From Octopus sinensis (Eukaryota), in the NCBI RefSeq assembly GCF_006345805.1, contig NC_043000.1:49724001-49788000 (forward strand): DNA of 64,000 nt, in the 5' to 3' direction. The notes under the pieces were generated by a model, which was not told the origin of the DNA, made no database searches, and worked only from the letters and a program-made list of their open reading frames with translations. Within the stretch, counting starts at the first letter, position 1; every line of letters begins with the position of its first letter. The position numbers and the translations under genes were made by a program. This document shows positions 1-13,612 of the stretch, in pieces.

Positions 1-2404
1 GAGTCATACTGCATAAAACCTTGGCAAGTGTCTTCCAATATAGCCCCAGGTTTGCTAATGCTTTCTGAGTAGATTTTCCTTAACAGAAATTGTATTGAAG
101 CCTTTCATGTGTGTGTGTGTGTGTGTAAATGTTTATTTCAGTGTATCTCCACATTAACATCATTTGAGCAATATTGCATTTATTCATGACACCTGCACAC
201 AATGCAACCTACTGTAGCTCAGTGGATTCATGTGAAAACCAGTGGAGTAAAAACAAAATACCTTATTTGAAAACAGAAATAAGTAACAGTGGGTGACAGG
301 AAGGGTATCCAGGTATAGTACACTAGTATGAACAAACCAGGCATAAAAATAAATGGATGATGATAATATACACTTAATATAAATTTAAAAGGCCAGAGAA
401 CTATAATCTTAGTTTCACAATGTTCTATAGATATGATTACTTCTAACATATTGTGGGGTCAAAAAGTCATCATCATTATTTATCCAAGGTTTCCATGCAA
501 GCATTGGCTGGACAGGTATTCATGATCCAAGTTCTTATTTGAAGTTACTGCCCTCAGAGACATGCTAAAGGACCACATTTTGCTCATACAATTCTTTTTC
601 TATGGCTGGATGCCCTTCTATCACCAGCCTCTTTACAGAACATGTTTGCTGCATTTTATCAAAGCACCAGCATTAGAGAGGTTACTGTGTCTTTGAAAAG
701 ACTAAAGAGTCTTCTCAGACTGATATTGTTCCTGCTTCTCCACCAACCATTTTACAGTATATTGAATGCATTTTATCATGACACCAAACACAGAGATCAT
801 GCCATTAAGGTGATGAGTCCAAGAAGGTGAACAGAAGAGTGAATGGTGACAGAAACAGAATCAAGAATGGTGGGTGAAGGTTGTAAGTGTGCTGGAGGGA
901 AGAGTAAGTAAGGGATAGAAATAGATAGTTTCACTATGTTCTGTTGATGGGATAATAATCAATAGAGAACAAAATATCATCACCATTATTTACATCCACA
1001 TTTTATGCTGGCACAGACTGGATAGGTATGGGCGTAGTCAATGGTAAATAATTGCAAAGGTGTCCACTTGTAATTAGTGAGGGAACTGATCAAAAGTAAA
1101 TATAAATGGGCTTATAAAATATATAAAAACAGTATATAAAATAACAAAAATAACAAAAGGGCAAATTATCACAATCACACATCCCATATGCAAGCATGGC
1201 TTTGTAGTTAGGCTTCTTTCTCAACCACCTGGTTCTGGGTTCAGTACCACTGCACGGCACTTTGGATGAGTGTCTTCTAGGTACAGGCTGACGAAGCCTT
1301 ATGAACAGATTTGATAGACAGCGACTGAAAAAGCCTGTCGAGTTTGTGTGTGTGTGTTTCCTCCTTGTCTTCACACAATCATGCAAACAGTGCCATTCAT
1401 GCCTGGTCATGGAGAAATTTTACATTGCTTGGAAACAGATAAAGATTGGTAATGGGAAAGGCATCTGGCCATTGAAAATCTACCTCCATAAACTCTGTCT
1501 AACCCACACTAGAATGGAAAAGTGGCTGTTAAAATAAAGAAGATGACCCCAAATATACTTCGTCTCCACTGTATTAAGACAATTTAAATTACTTGCAATT
1601 TTGTGCTTGAATTTTTGAAAATCAAAGCTAGAATGTTATGTCTAATTATAGTTTTACAACTTCCTTTGTCAAGATATATACTTACACACATTTTCAACTC
1701 AAGGTGTTCAAAGAGTGCAGTGAAAATAGGACTTGCACAGCTATTCATCCTCTTTTATTTAGATTTTAAATATGATACATTAATCTTTATACATATACTA
1801 TCTCAGAACTTCATTTATCTTAATGGAAATTCAACAAAGATATTAATTACACACAAAAATAACTTTAATTACTTGTACATAATTAATGAGAATTAATATA
1901 TCACCTCCCATGTTCCACTAAAATTCACATGTCTAAAATGAAAGCATCATAAGTTTCCCTTTTAGATATATCCATATAACCTACAGCTCATGTTTTCCTA
2001 AATGTGTCTCTGTTCTCCTAATAGGTAGATTGAAGTTAATCACTGAAACATGACTTCATATTTTCAGTGCCATAAGCATTGCATGATACTTAATTTTGTT
2101 TGCCTCACAACATTTTCATGTCTTATTACAAATTTATTATTATTAATTTTATTTAACATGACAAAATTAATTTTAAATGAATGCTTGATGATTAATTCTT
2201 AATAGCAAGTGTTAGCTTATTTTTTAAAAATAAAAATAAACATACATATAAACTATATTAGAAACATCAGTAATTATACAGTTTGCTCATACAGACACAT
2301 ACACATAAACACATGTGCGTGTGTGTTATGTATATATATATGCATGTATGTATATTATATTTATATATGTATATAAATGTATATATATATATATATGTAT
2401 ATAT

Positions 2405-2462
<58 letters not shown>

Positions 2463-3515
2463 GTATATATGTATATATATATATATATTTGTGTGTGTAT
2501 ATATATATATATAGAGAGAGAGATAAATATGTGTGTGCATGTGTGTGTGTTTTCATGCACATATATACAGAGTAAAATTGGGCTAAAGGATAATAAGTTC
2601 AACTAAGCTAATGACATAGATTGTGATAAATCCAAATATACTGAATGATGTAAGTGAAAATTTCTTAAAGAATTGAAATGTGACTTGCCGTTGTAGAAAG
2701 AAAATATAAAACACTAGCACCATGCAAATTAAAGTATGGGTGGTAATTTAAAGATATTAACAATTAATTAACAAATAGTGATTTCAAATCTTGGCACAAG
2801 GCCAGCAATTTTGGACGAGTGAGTAAGTCATTACATCGATCCCAGTACTCAACTACTACTTATTTTATCGACCCCAAAAAGGATGAAAGGCAAAATGAAC
2901 CTCAGCAGAATTTGAACTTAGAACATGAAGATAGACAAAATGCTGTGAAACACTTCACCCAACATGCTAATGATTCTGCCAGCTAGCCACCTTAATTAAG
3001 TAATAGAATATTCATTTTCATACATAGAAGTAAAGTAAATCTGATCTTTGTTAATGTTGCCTTTCACTCTTTTGGTGTTGACTGAAAATGAACCAATCAA
3101 AGGTAGTGGAATGATGGAGCTGCAAGAATGTTCTGGTTCTTTGTATTCTGAGTTCAAATCCAGCCATAGTTTACTTGGGTGTTAGATTTAATTAGTTGCC
3201 TAGTTTAATACCATCTCCTAGTACCTCACGATACCTTTAATGAAATCTCTTCAATTGCAGACATTTGGACCAGATCTTTGGTTTCAGGATATCCTTCTGC
3301 CTCTCACCATGAGTCTTAGAGACCCTGTGAAGGGTTAAGGGTACTACCACCTCACCTGACTAAAAAGATATTGCAAAAAAATGGTGACAACATTTTGGTC
3401 TCAGACTTTGTCAGTGGATCATAGTCAAGAGGAACTTGCTTAATCGGTGGATAATAGTTTTAACATTGAAAGAGAGTAATAAAAGATTTTTGGTCAGCAG
3501 TAATTTGCATAATAT

Positions 3516-3725
3516 CAGTTTCAAATTTCAGCTCAAAACTAGCAAGTTTAAGGCGGGGTGTAAGTCAATTACATTGACCCCAATGATAAACTGGGTACTT
3601 ATTTATCGACTTCAAAAGGATGAAAAATAAAGCTGACCCCAGAGGAATTTGAACTCAGAAGACAAAATGGATGCCACTAAACATTTTGCCCATTATGCTA
3701 ATGATTCTGCCAGCTCCCCACCTTA
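3516..3725 (-). mobile_element. SINE family B with 16-bp TSD
   Basis: Head aaggtggggagctggcagaatc with B box gagttcaaattc. Flanked by gtaatttgcataatat (3500-3515) and gtaaattgcataatat (3726-3741). Confidence 0.88.
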
Positions 3726-3764
3726 GTAAATTGCATAATATTAAACAAAACTGAGCAATGGTAA

Positions 3765-4133
3765 AGGCATGACTGTGTGGTAAGAAGCTTACTTTTCAAC
3801 GACATGGTTCCAGGTTCAGTCCCACTGTGTGGCACCTTCGGCAAGTATTTTCTACTATAGCCTCAGGTTGACCAAAACCTTGTGAGTGGATTTGGTAGAC
3901 AGAAACTGAAAGAAGCCTGCAGCGCATGTGTGTGTGTTTGTTTCCCAACACTGCTTGACAACCAGTGTTCGGGTGTTTACATCCTTGTAACTTAATGGAT
4001 CAGCAAAGAAGAAAAAAATACCAGGATTTAAAGAAAAAAAAAGCAGTACTGTGATCAATTCATTTGACTGAAAATTCTTCAAGGAAGTGCTCCAGCATGG
4101 CCACAATCGAATGAGTGAAACAAGTAAAAGTTA
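3765..4133 (+). mobile_element. SINE family A (older)
   Basis: Head, body and tail all recognisable. Confidence 0.85.
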
Positions 4134-5481
4134 AAATATAGCAGGAAGAAAACCCAACTCAATTATGTCGATGAGAAGGACTATGAAAATCTTAAATTTT
4201 TTTGTGGAATGCTGTAGAAACACTGCCAGATCTGACTGGGCTTGACGAAGCCTTCCAGCTTCACAGACCCCAGTTGACCCGTCCAACCCATGCTAGCATG
4301 GAAAGCAAACGCTAAATGATGATGATGATGATGATGATGATGAATCTTCAAATACTGTATAAGATCTTTCAAAAACCTAACACACTGATTCTGTTGTCAG
4401 AAATTCTTAAAATCTATGATTAAATGCACCATTTATGAAAAAACAACAAGCTAAAAAAAAAGGTGAAACTTTATACCTCCAAGGGACAGTAATCAAAAAG
4501 CTACTAGTTTCTGTCACTAGGTTATAGCCATGCTGAGGTACCACCTTTCAGGGTGCAGTCACTGACATCAACCCCACTAGTAGTTATTGACTGATAGTTA
4601 TTTTATCAGTTTCAGATGGATGAGAGTGAATTGGACCTTGAAGGGATTTGATCTCAGATCATAAAGGGAAGTAACAAGTTGATCAGTAATATAAATAAAA
4701 TGGCAAGTGTGTGTCTGTTTCTATGTTTCTATTTATGTATCACAAGTTTTTTTGTTTTTTTTGTTCTTCCAGAACACTTCCAATTCTGCATCAACTCACC
4801 ACAGATAGCAGTCTTTTATTTATTTTCATTTATTTATTTATTTTTATCTTTTTATTTATTTGTTTTTTTTGTTTTTTTTTAACAGCATGGATATTCAAAT
4901 TTTACAACATTGCAACAAAAGCCCACTATCTCCAGACTTTGTCTTTTAATTTAATTTTTTGTTTGTTTAAGAGAATTTTAAATTTCATGTAAATGAAAAT
5001 TTATCGATTTTTATTATGAATAAATAAACAACAAAACCACAAGTTAAGCTACAAAATTATATCAATACTTCAAAACCTGATCATATATGACAATGTCTAG
5101 ATATAAGAGAGAATTTCCAAGTAAACATCAGAAAAGTCTACAATTATCAATAGAGAAATTCTCTACTTTGTATTTATTTGTCATAATATTTCTTCTTGTG
5201 TTGTTCCAACTCATAAGAAAAGATAAGAATTTCTTTCTTATCATGTACAGTAGTGTGGTACATGGCATTGAAATGTAGTTTTATTGAACACAGTTTGATA
5301 CAGAAGTTAATAGCACAGGTAATTTAGTTAACATTAAAAGATTAAAACAGTACTCACTGATTGTTAACAACTTTCTTGGGTATCAGCTATTTGGGGTATG
5401 TAATGCACAAGTGCGTTGTTTGTGTGTGTAAGGGTATATGTGTGTAGAAAATAAAATATCTATATCAATATCTAAACCTAT

Positions 5482-5519
<38 letters not shown>

Positions 5520-5866
5520 ATCTAGCTATCTATCTATCTCATTATTAGATAGATAGATAGATTGATGGATAGAGAGATAGATGGACAGGTAGACATCAGT
5601 GTACTAACTGTCTGATGTTGTTATACATCGCTGGTCACAATGTACTTCTTCACATTCTTGTTGCTTTTAAATGATGCCACCCCACTGATAAGGCAGGCAA
5701 GCCAATATCTCCCTTGAAAGCAATGACAGTTCATTTACAGCGGAGTGGACGGGAACAATGTGAAATGAAACATTTTACTGAAAAACAAAATGCAAGACTA
5801 GTATGGGAATTGAAACCGTAATTTTACAATCAGGTATGCAGCAATCTAGCCACACACTCATACATA

Positions 5867-5922
<56 letters not shown>

Positions 5923-5966
5923 CTAGGGTACTACGTAGTATATGTGTGTGTGAGTGTGTGTACTAC

Positions 5967-6220
5967 GGTACTACATAAGCACCTGCTTCGCTAAAAGCAG
6001 AAATCAAAATACTTCGAATCACTAAATTAATACAGGTATGAGAGTGAACAAGAATAGCATCTTATCTCTGCCAAGGATACATCCTTAGCAGGGGTAAAAC
6101 ACTATTCTTGTTCAATAAATTTTTCCCTATCATGCTTGTATTAATTTAGTGATTCTTCTGTGGCTAAAAAGTATTTTGACTTCTATTTTTAGCGAAGCAG
6201 GTGCTCATGTAGTACCTTAG
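5967..6220. repeat. Foldback (palindromic) element with Helitron-like 3' ends on both arms
   Basis: ggtactacataagcacctgcttcgctaaaa...aaggat|ac|atcctt...ttttagcgaagcaggtgctcatgtagtacc. Arms are about 110 and 135 bp with indels. Confidence 0.85.
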
Positions 6221-6390
6221 TATATCAAAATACATCTATATATATCTTATATATAATTATTAATTTGCTTATACGGCTTTTACACTCACAGCCACTAACA
6301 TTATTATTTTTAGAAATATTGTTCTTTCATATATATATATATATAAATCAATAAATGGTGGGGTTGTGTTGACCGCACATGGAGAAATGA

Positions 6391-7345
6391 TAGGAGAGGA
6401 AAAATTATAATAAGGCAGAATGTAAATTTTAATAAAAATAGGTGTATGGAAAATTTAAAAATAATAAATCAAATTGGTTTTCATCGCAAAGCAAATTTTT
6501 AAGATTTGAAAGGGGAAAGAAATTTTTTTTGAATTGAGGAAGGGGAAAAAAGAAATTTACAATGTTTTTTTCAAAAAAATAATAATAAACATATACAAAA
6601 ATTAATAAATAAGTATACTGATACATTGTAGATCTCCCTGAATACCGTCAAATTCCACTAAGTAGCCACATGGACTCGTGCGCTAGAGTCAAAAATCCTA
6701 AATTTCACATATTCCCCTTCTACCAATGTAAAGACGGAATCACTACACAAGATAGAATCAACAAGGAGAATCTTTTTATTGAAAAATTCCAAACGCATCT
6801 TAATATGCAAAGTCCACGATGACCATACTCCTTTCTCTAACATCCTATCTGACAAAAATTTGCTATAAGCATCCTGATTGACAAATCCATCATCCCAATT
6901 GAAGAGCATAAAATCTACAGAGCTGTTTCCCCTTACTCACAGGAACTGGATAACTCCTACCCTATTTCCAGTTTTGACACTCTTTTACCAAACACTTTAA
7001 ACTAAGCACCACGTTTAATCACATGGATCTTAATCCTCCAAAGAAATTTTTCCAAGGACTATTATTGAACTCAAAAAGCATAAAAACTCTACAATGTATC
7101 GGTATACTTATTTATTAATTTTTGCATATATGCATTATTATTTTTTTGAAAAAAACATTGTAAATTTCTTTTTTCCCCTTCCTCAATTTAAAAAAAAGAA
7201 TTCCTTTCCCCTTTCAAATTTTGAAAATTTGCTTTGTAATGAAAACCGGTTTGATTTATTATTCTTTTAATTTTCCATACACCCATTCTTATTAAAATTT
7301 ACTTTCAATTTAGCATTCTGCCTTATTATAATTTTTCCTCTCCTA
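6391..7345 (+). mobile_element. Penelope-like element fragment: inverted pLTR, GIY-YIG C-terminus, pLTR
   Basis: Arms 6391-6632 and 7089-7345 are inverted copies. The + frame from about 6634 reads LPEYRQIPLSSHMDSCARVKNPKFHIFPFYQCKDGITTQDRINKENLFIEKFQTHLN*, resembling the end of a PLE GIY-YIG domain. Decayed hammerhead GAAAACCGGTT at 7241. Confidence 0.8.
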
Positions 7346-7604
7346 TATATATATATATTTATATTTATATATAATTAATGAGAGGGACAAAAGATGGAAG
7401 ATATGTGAGTCTTTATTGATCACTACAATCGTTTTGCCCCATGTAGCATTGATCCCTTACAGGTGGAATACTGCACAACTGGCTTAGGTGCATCCCTCAG
7501 TGTAGATGTGTCTCCTCAGCTGATTTGAAGAGGTACCTCATTAAATAAAGTGTGAACATGCTTTACTGGCAAACTACCATGTGTATATTATCTATATATA
7601 TATA

Positions 7605-7742
7605 TATCTGTAAATTAATATGTTGCCATTATTCAATAGCCAAGATAAAACTCTGAGTTTCAGATGCCGAAGTGGAAATCCTCAAAACCGTGTCTGCGGT
7701 TATCTGGCCATTGAATAATAGTAACATATTAATTTACAGATA
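7605..7742. repeat. 44-bp-arm inverted repeat capped by a hammerhead-shaped three-way junction
   Basis: 7605-7648 pairs with 7700-7742. The minus-strand top reads GCCAGAUAA CCGCAGA..GAAAC UCAGA GUU UUAUCUUGGC. Confidence 0.7.
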
Positions 7743-8901
7743 AATTTCCTCTATTTACATAATATTGAGGTCTCTTTCTTTCTTTTTTTATCTTACCGTT
7801 TTTACCAATATATATATAATGGTGTATGAGGGTGCACAGCCCTCATGATTTTAAGATCACGGTTTAAATTTTTAGACTGGGTGGTACATTGTGTTCTTTA
7901 TCAAAACACTTTATTTCTCTTTGCTCTGTAATCCCTTTGACACCTGATGCATGATACATGGTGTTCCTGTTCAGACGACGTCGATTTGGTGGAGAGTCAG
8001 TTAATGTGCACATGAACATTTGATTATAATAAACAAATCATTTGTGCAGGTCTTTCAGCAATAATCAAATGCTCATACGTCGTCTTTGGTGGGAGAGTCC
8101 ACCATATAAAGGTGTAATAATAGCACTAGCAGCCAATTTTGTATCATATGTAAATTCATTAAGGGTGTCATAATTTTGTTTACTTTTCTCTAAGTCATTC
8201 ATAGCTTCTTAACTGCAGCAGATTGAAAGACTAAAGTGACTGATTAATAACAAATATCCAATACAGGATGATGCTTACCATTTTGCTCACCACTGCAAGC
8301 TGCTAAAGCTATAAGGTCAATTTTCACAACGAGATTAAATATATGATTGTGACATATACATACATACATGCATGTACTCATGCATACATACATGCATGCA
8401 TATACTCATACGTACATACATGTGTGCATATACTCATACATACACACACACACACATACATACATACATACATATATATTCATGGTTTTATGTTCAGATA
8501 TAATAGAAACAATTTTATATTAATCTGAAGAAGCTGTGCTGAAGATATTAATAACTACAGACACTTGTACCAAGATACACACGTGCATTACACATGTTAT
8601 ATCCATAATAATACATGTCTGCTCCTGTACACAAACATGCATGAATATATACGTACATACAAATATATATACTTAGTATTTATGCGTGAGCATATGTTAA
8701 TCCTGTGTTATGATTTTACTGTTTTATAATGTCCATATATAGACACATAAACATAAATTGTAATTTCTCTCTCTCTGTTTATGTGGGTGAGCATATTTTG
8801 CTTTATGCATATGAAGAGGGGGAATGTATTCATGTCAATTGTGTTCAATACTTGCATTTGTGGGATAGTTTTCTAAAAAAATTTATAAAATGTATGGATG
8901 C

Positions 8902-8934
<33 letters not shown>

Positions 8935-9179
8935 ATACAACAAATGGATACTGTGTCAGTTCACTACAGCTGTTTCCAATGAATTTTTAATTGATTATAG
9001 AAAACATTATATCATTAGATAAAACCGTTTTCATCAAGGTAGATACATGAAGCATAATATTTTGAAACATTCAGAGATCTATGATTCTATGAGCCTTGCT
9101 GGTTGTTGTCTCTGGTTCACTTGAATCGTGATCTTTTATATGTACATAAATATATATATATATATATATATAGGCAAGG

Positions 9180-9640
9180 AAAAATTTTTTTTAAAAAAAA
9201 TGCAGAATGCTCAAATGAAAGAAAATTTTAATAAAATGAGAAATTGATAAAATATATAAATATATATTTATTCAACCGGTTTTCGTCATTGTATGACTTG
9301 TCAAGAATATTTATGTTAAAAAAGTTTTTTAAAAATTAGAAAGGGGAAAAAGAGAAAATTGCATTGTTTTTTGCAAAAGAATAATAATAAGAATGTACAA
9401 AATTAAAAAATAAGTACTCCGATACATTGTGAGTTCGTTGTGTATCTTCAGTTTAATGATTGTTCACGAAAAAATTACCTTGAGGTATTAGGATCCAATG
9501 GGATTAAGAGCATGTGTTGTTTGGTTTAATTCAGGATGTTGGCAGAACAGGAAGTAGAAGTAATTGTGGTTCTTCAGTTCCTGTGTTGTGAGTAAGGAGA
9601 GACAACTCTTTTGAGTTCTTCAATAAAAGCTGTTGGTAAA
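9180..9640 (-). mobile_element. Penelope-like pLTR fragment related to 6391-7345
   Basis: Shares aaaggggaaaaa..gatacattgt and ctccttactcac..aggaactg segments, and carries a hammerhead relic at 9272-9310. Confidence 0.7.
9272..9310 (-). ncRNA. Degenerate type-I hammerhead ribozyme
   Basis: Minus strand: UAUUC UUGACAA GUCAU-ACA-AUGAC GAAA ACCGGUU GAAUA. The core has C3U and G8A, and stem III is palindromic (AACCGGUU). Confidence 0.6.
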
Positions 9641-9837
9641 ACCCAAATTATAAAATTATCATTTTAGCTTCATTTGTGTTATCTTTTTTATATAATTGTT
9701 TGTTAACTTAACTTTCAGATTTTAACACTTTATTTATATTATTTTCTAATTATATAAATCTGCATAGACAATTGCATTTCAGATTGTCATATCATTTATA
9801 ATAAAAATGATAGTAATAACAACAATAGTAAAAATGA

Positions 9838-9881
<44 letters not shown>

Positions 9882-10334
9882 ATATGTATATGTATACGCA
9901 CATGTATACACACACATATACACTTTATCTGTATGTGTATATATTTGTGTGCATGCCTGCATTTTCCTCTATTGTCAAAAAATAGTTTTGCTAAAGCAGA
10001 TTCAATGTCCAGTCAGTCATATCCAATTGCCAGCATCCAAACACCCATGTGTACTCATTTCATTCTGTATCTTCTCTTCTTCCCTTTCTTTCTCACATCT
10101 GAATGTTTCACTGGATCAAGAGTGGGAGGTGGGGGAGAACAGATCTCTGTTTCTATTCATAATGACATAAGCACCTGAAATAATGTGAAACTATGGTATC
10201 TGCAATTAAGTCATACTTGCTTGTATCTGACAGATATGGTTTTGTTTACTCTTTTACTCTGTGACTAATTACAACTCAAAAGCTGTGGGTCATGCTGGAG
10301 CAATGCTATTTGTTTTGTTTTTTTAATTACATAG

Positions 10335-10540
10335 CCTCGTCTGGCACCTGTGCAGGTGGCACGTAAAATACACCCACTACACTCACAGAGTGGTTGGCGT
10401 TAGGAAGGGCATCCAGTTGTAGAAACACTGCCAGATCAGACTGGGCCTGGCACAGCCTTCTGGCTTCCCAGACCCCAGTTGAACCGTCCAACCCATGCTA
10501 GCATGGAAAACGGACGTTAAACGATGATGATGATGATGAT
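10335..10540 (+). mobile_element. 5'-truncated RTE 3' tail
   Basis: Closely matches 36665-36870 and ends in (GAT)n. Confidence 0.9.
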
Positions 10541-12450
10541 AGGTATGTATATATACTTTAGCAAAGTGGCTAAAGAATTAACTCAATAAAAAGGTTCCAA
10601 ATTTGCTTCCACTACATGGTACCTTTGGCAAATGTCCTCTACTCTAGTTTTGGATTGGTACAAACCCTAGGAATCAAAAGCTGCATAAAATGCCACCTGA
10701 TGGAATGCATCTGTAACTCAATGATCCAGTTATTTCACACATGGTGCTACTCTGAGTATATCTGAAGATTATATTACGGGTACCAGTATCTGCAAAATAT
10801 TGTTATTGACTCTATAAGTAGGTATTTCCACTGAAACTGGAAATTTCATTTTTCTTTCAAATTGTCAAAAATCCATTCATATGTGTGTTTGTGTGAGTGA
10901 GAAAGAGAGTGTATATGTGTGTGTCTGTGTAAGTGCACGTGTGTGTGCATGCACATACATGTATGTGTGTGTGTATGTTTGTGTGTCTATGCATTTGTAT
11001 GATTCTTACTTCACATTTGTGTTTGTCTAATGACGTTAGTTATCCACAATGATTAGTCTTTGACTATTGGAACTGCTACCATTATGTAACATAGGATTTT
11101 CAATTATTTTCACTTAATCTTACAATTTGAAGAATGAAGCTTTATTCTATTATTGATATTTATAAAAATGAATAGAAACTATAGTTCACAATCATTATTC
11201 TTGAACAAATATAGGATTTGAGAGTTCAAGTTCTATGATTGCAAGATACTGTCTCCCTCCCCACCTTTTCACTTTTTCCCAAATTATATAAAACTAGATA
11301 TTCAATACTTCTGAACAATTGCTAAAAATTTTATCAGAAGACAAGCAATAGAATTGAAAAAGGGAATATCAAAATGAAATTCATCACCAACAAGAGAGCT
11401 ACTTCAATGGAATGAACTTTACAAGAAATAAATGCTTGTTTCCTCCACATAGCAAATAACCTCAATTTGCTACTGAAAAATATTTTTAAAACAAAAAATG
11501 GAGAAATAAATAAATAAAATTAGAATAAATCTGCACTTGTATGTTCAAAAAGATATTCCAAACTGGTTCCACAATTGTACAATGGTAAATTACATGGTAA
11601 TGATTTCATACCTTTTTTTTTTTTTTTTTTTAGATTTATTATTTCATCACAAGCTAAAATTGATAAAACATCAAAGGACCATTCTGAATTACAAAATGGA
11701 ATTTTAGATAGAATTCCTTTAAATTTCAGTGATAATTAAGTTACTTTCTATACTAGAATATTCTTTCACCAACTTAGCAATTAAGGTACACTTGTCAGCT
11801 GACCTAAATGTGGATTTGAATGCTATCAGTGGCTATGGATTTTCAAAGTGGTTCATCAATTAACTTCACTTTCCTTCAATCTATTCATCATAATGATATG
11901 ATGTGTGAAGGTTGAAATCCACTCATAACGTAGAACCAATCAGTAAGCCTGCCCAAAGTCACAGTAACCACTTGCAAAAGACCTAACCAATAGTATTCGA
12001 AAATAATATTTTAATAGCATTTCACTTGCAGTTAATTTTGAAAGATCCAACATGAAACTGAATACCTCCTCTTCTATTACCAATCTCATACACTTGAAAT
12101 TACTGTCTTCTAGGGTATCACAGTACTTACAAAGTTCTTTAAACTCTTTTAATAATGTTCAGTTTATAGGAACTAGTTAGAATGCTATATTTCTGAAGCC
12201 TAATAAATGTTTCTTTGAACTAAAATCTTCTAGAACCATCATTTTGCTATGTGAACTTTCAAAGATCATAGCAAGTGTAATTTAGTACTTCAAATCTAGT
12301 TGCAAGCATGGCTAGATGGGTCAGAAACTTGTTTCACAACCATGTGGAACTGGGAAGACCCATGGGCAAGTATCCTTGACCATAACCTTAGGTTGACCAA
12401 GAGAAAGAAATGTGATACATAGAAACTGCAGATTACTGTCATGCACACAA

Positions 12451-12489
<39 letters not shown>

Positions 12490-13299
12490 GGTTTCCCAGA
12501 ATTAATTATCTATTTCAATGAAATTGGGAAAATATTTTTTAAATATAGACAGAATTTTATACTTAATTATGATACCAAAGCAAATATATTTATAAATCTT
12601 ATGTTAGAACTTTATTGAAAATTTTCTATACATGCTTCAAATGTTTGAATGCATTCTTTAAGTTCAGCTAAACAATTGCTCCATCTTGAGGATGGAAGTA
12701 GAGAAAATGATTGCAAACCAAAATGAAAGAATAGCTACTGTGAACAGATAAGTGGGATCCAACAGGCATGAAAATAAAATTATTAAAAAAATTATAAAAG
12801 CTATAAAATTATAAATAAAATTTTAAATTTATAGACTTTTAAACATATTAAACATGATAAACATAAATAAAAGTGTGTTTTTAAAAGGTTTTCAAGTTGC
12901 ACCAAATTAGATAGTTAATTCTAGGATACCCTGTATATACACATACATATATACATACATACACACACAGATGAGCATATATATTTTCCCCCCCTATTAT
13001 CTTCCACCATTATCAACTTTGCAACTTTTCCTAAACTTGTACCTGCTTTAATTTTTAGTTTCATCCACACTGTTTTATCCATTGTTTCCCCCCTTTCTCT
13101 GCTTCCACATCTCCCTTTCACCCCAGCCGACAACTGTTCACATCCACCATACTCATCTCTTTATACAGATATCTCTCTTTTATATATGCATAATACATTG
13201 CATCTGCCTCTTTTCTAAACTCCTCCTCATAGAACTGCATTCCCACTAGTTCCAAACATCATTCTCTTCCTCCTTTCCAGTACTCTTCTCTTTTACCTT

Positions 13300-13340
13300 T
13301 TTTCCTGATGAAGGACTCTATGTCTAAAATGTCAAAGACC
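13300..13340 (+). ncRNA. Degenerate minimal hammerhead ribozyme at the end of a pyrimidine-rich PLE-like tract
   Basis: CUGAUGA A GGAC-UCUAU-GUCU AAAAU GUC is consistent with CUGAUGA..GUCC GAAAC GUC after CpG transitions. Confidence 0.6.
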
Positions 13341-13472
13341 CTTTTGCTTTGCAGACATCAAACTAATGACATCTTTGGGAAAACTTGTCTCTCTGGTGCT
13401 TTTTTTCTTGTTTTTGTTCAGTCATCATATATATTTCTTTATATAAATTTGTACTTATACATACAAAGATAA

Positions 13473-13486
<14 letters not shown>

Positions 13487-13511
<25 letters not shown>

Positions 13512-13581
13512 CATACATGCATACATACATACATACATACATACATACATACATACATACATACATACATACATACATACA

Positions 13582-13612
<31 letters not shown>
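13487..13612. repeat. (TA)n followed by (TACA)n, about 26 units
   Basis: Direct reading. Confidence 0.97.

Noticed and set aside
2267-2606. ORF-track entries rich in YI/HT/CV/MYVC repeats (also 13363-13742, 17034-17398, 28275-28907, 37375-37691, 46293-46534, 48970-49537, 60039-60637, 61258-61635)
   Set aside because: These are translations of (TA)n, (CA)n and (TACA)n microsatellites, not genes.
8279-8308. Possible 30-nt minus-strand micro-exon (LAACSGEQN); similar candidates at 12065-12150, 42881-42926 and 55990-56005
   Set aside because: GTAAG/AG signals are expected many times by chance in this composition. There is no homology and no consistent phase chain.
8525-8580. CUGAAGA-AGCUGU..ACAG hammerhead-like remnant (similar weak cases at 7415-7460, 47028-47065 and 29270-29305)
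   Set aside because: These are too degenerate, needing three or more core changes.
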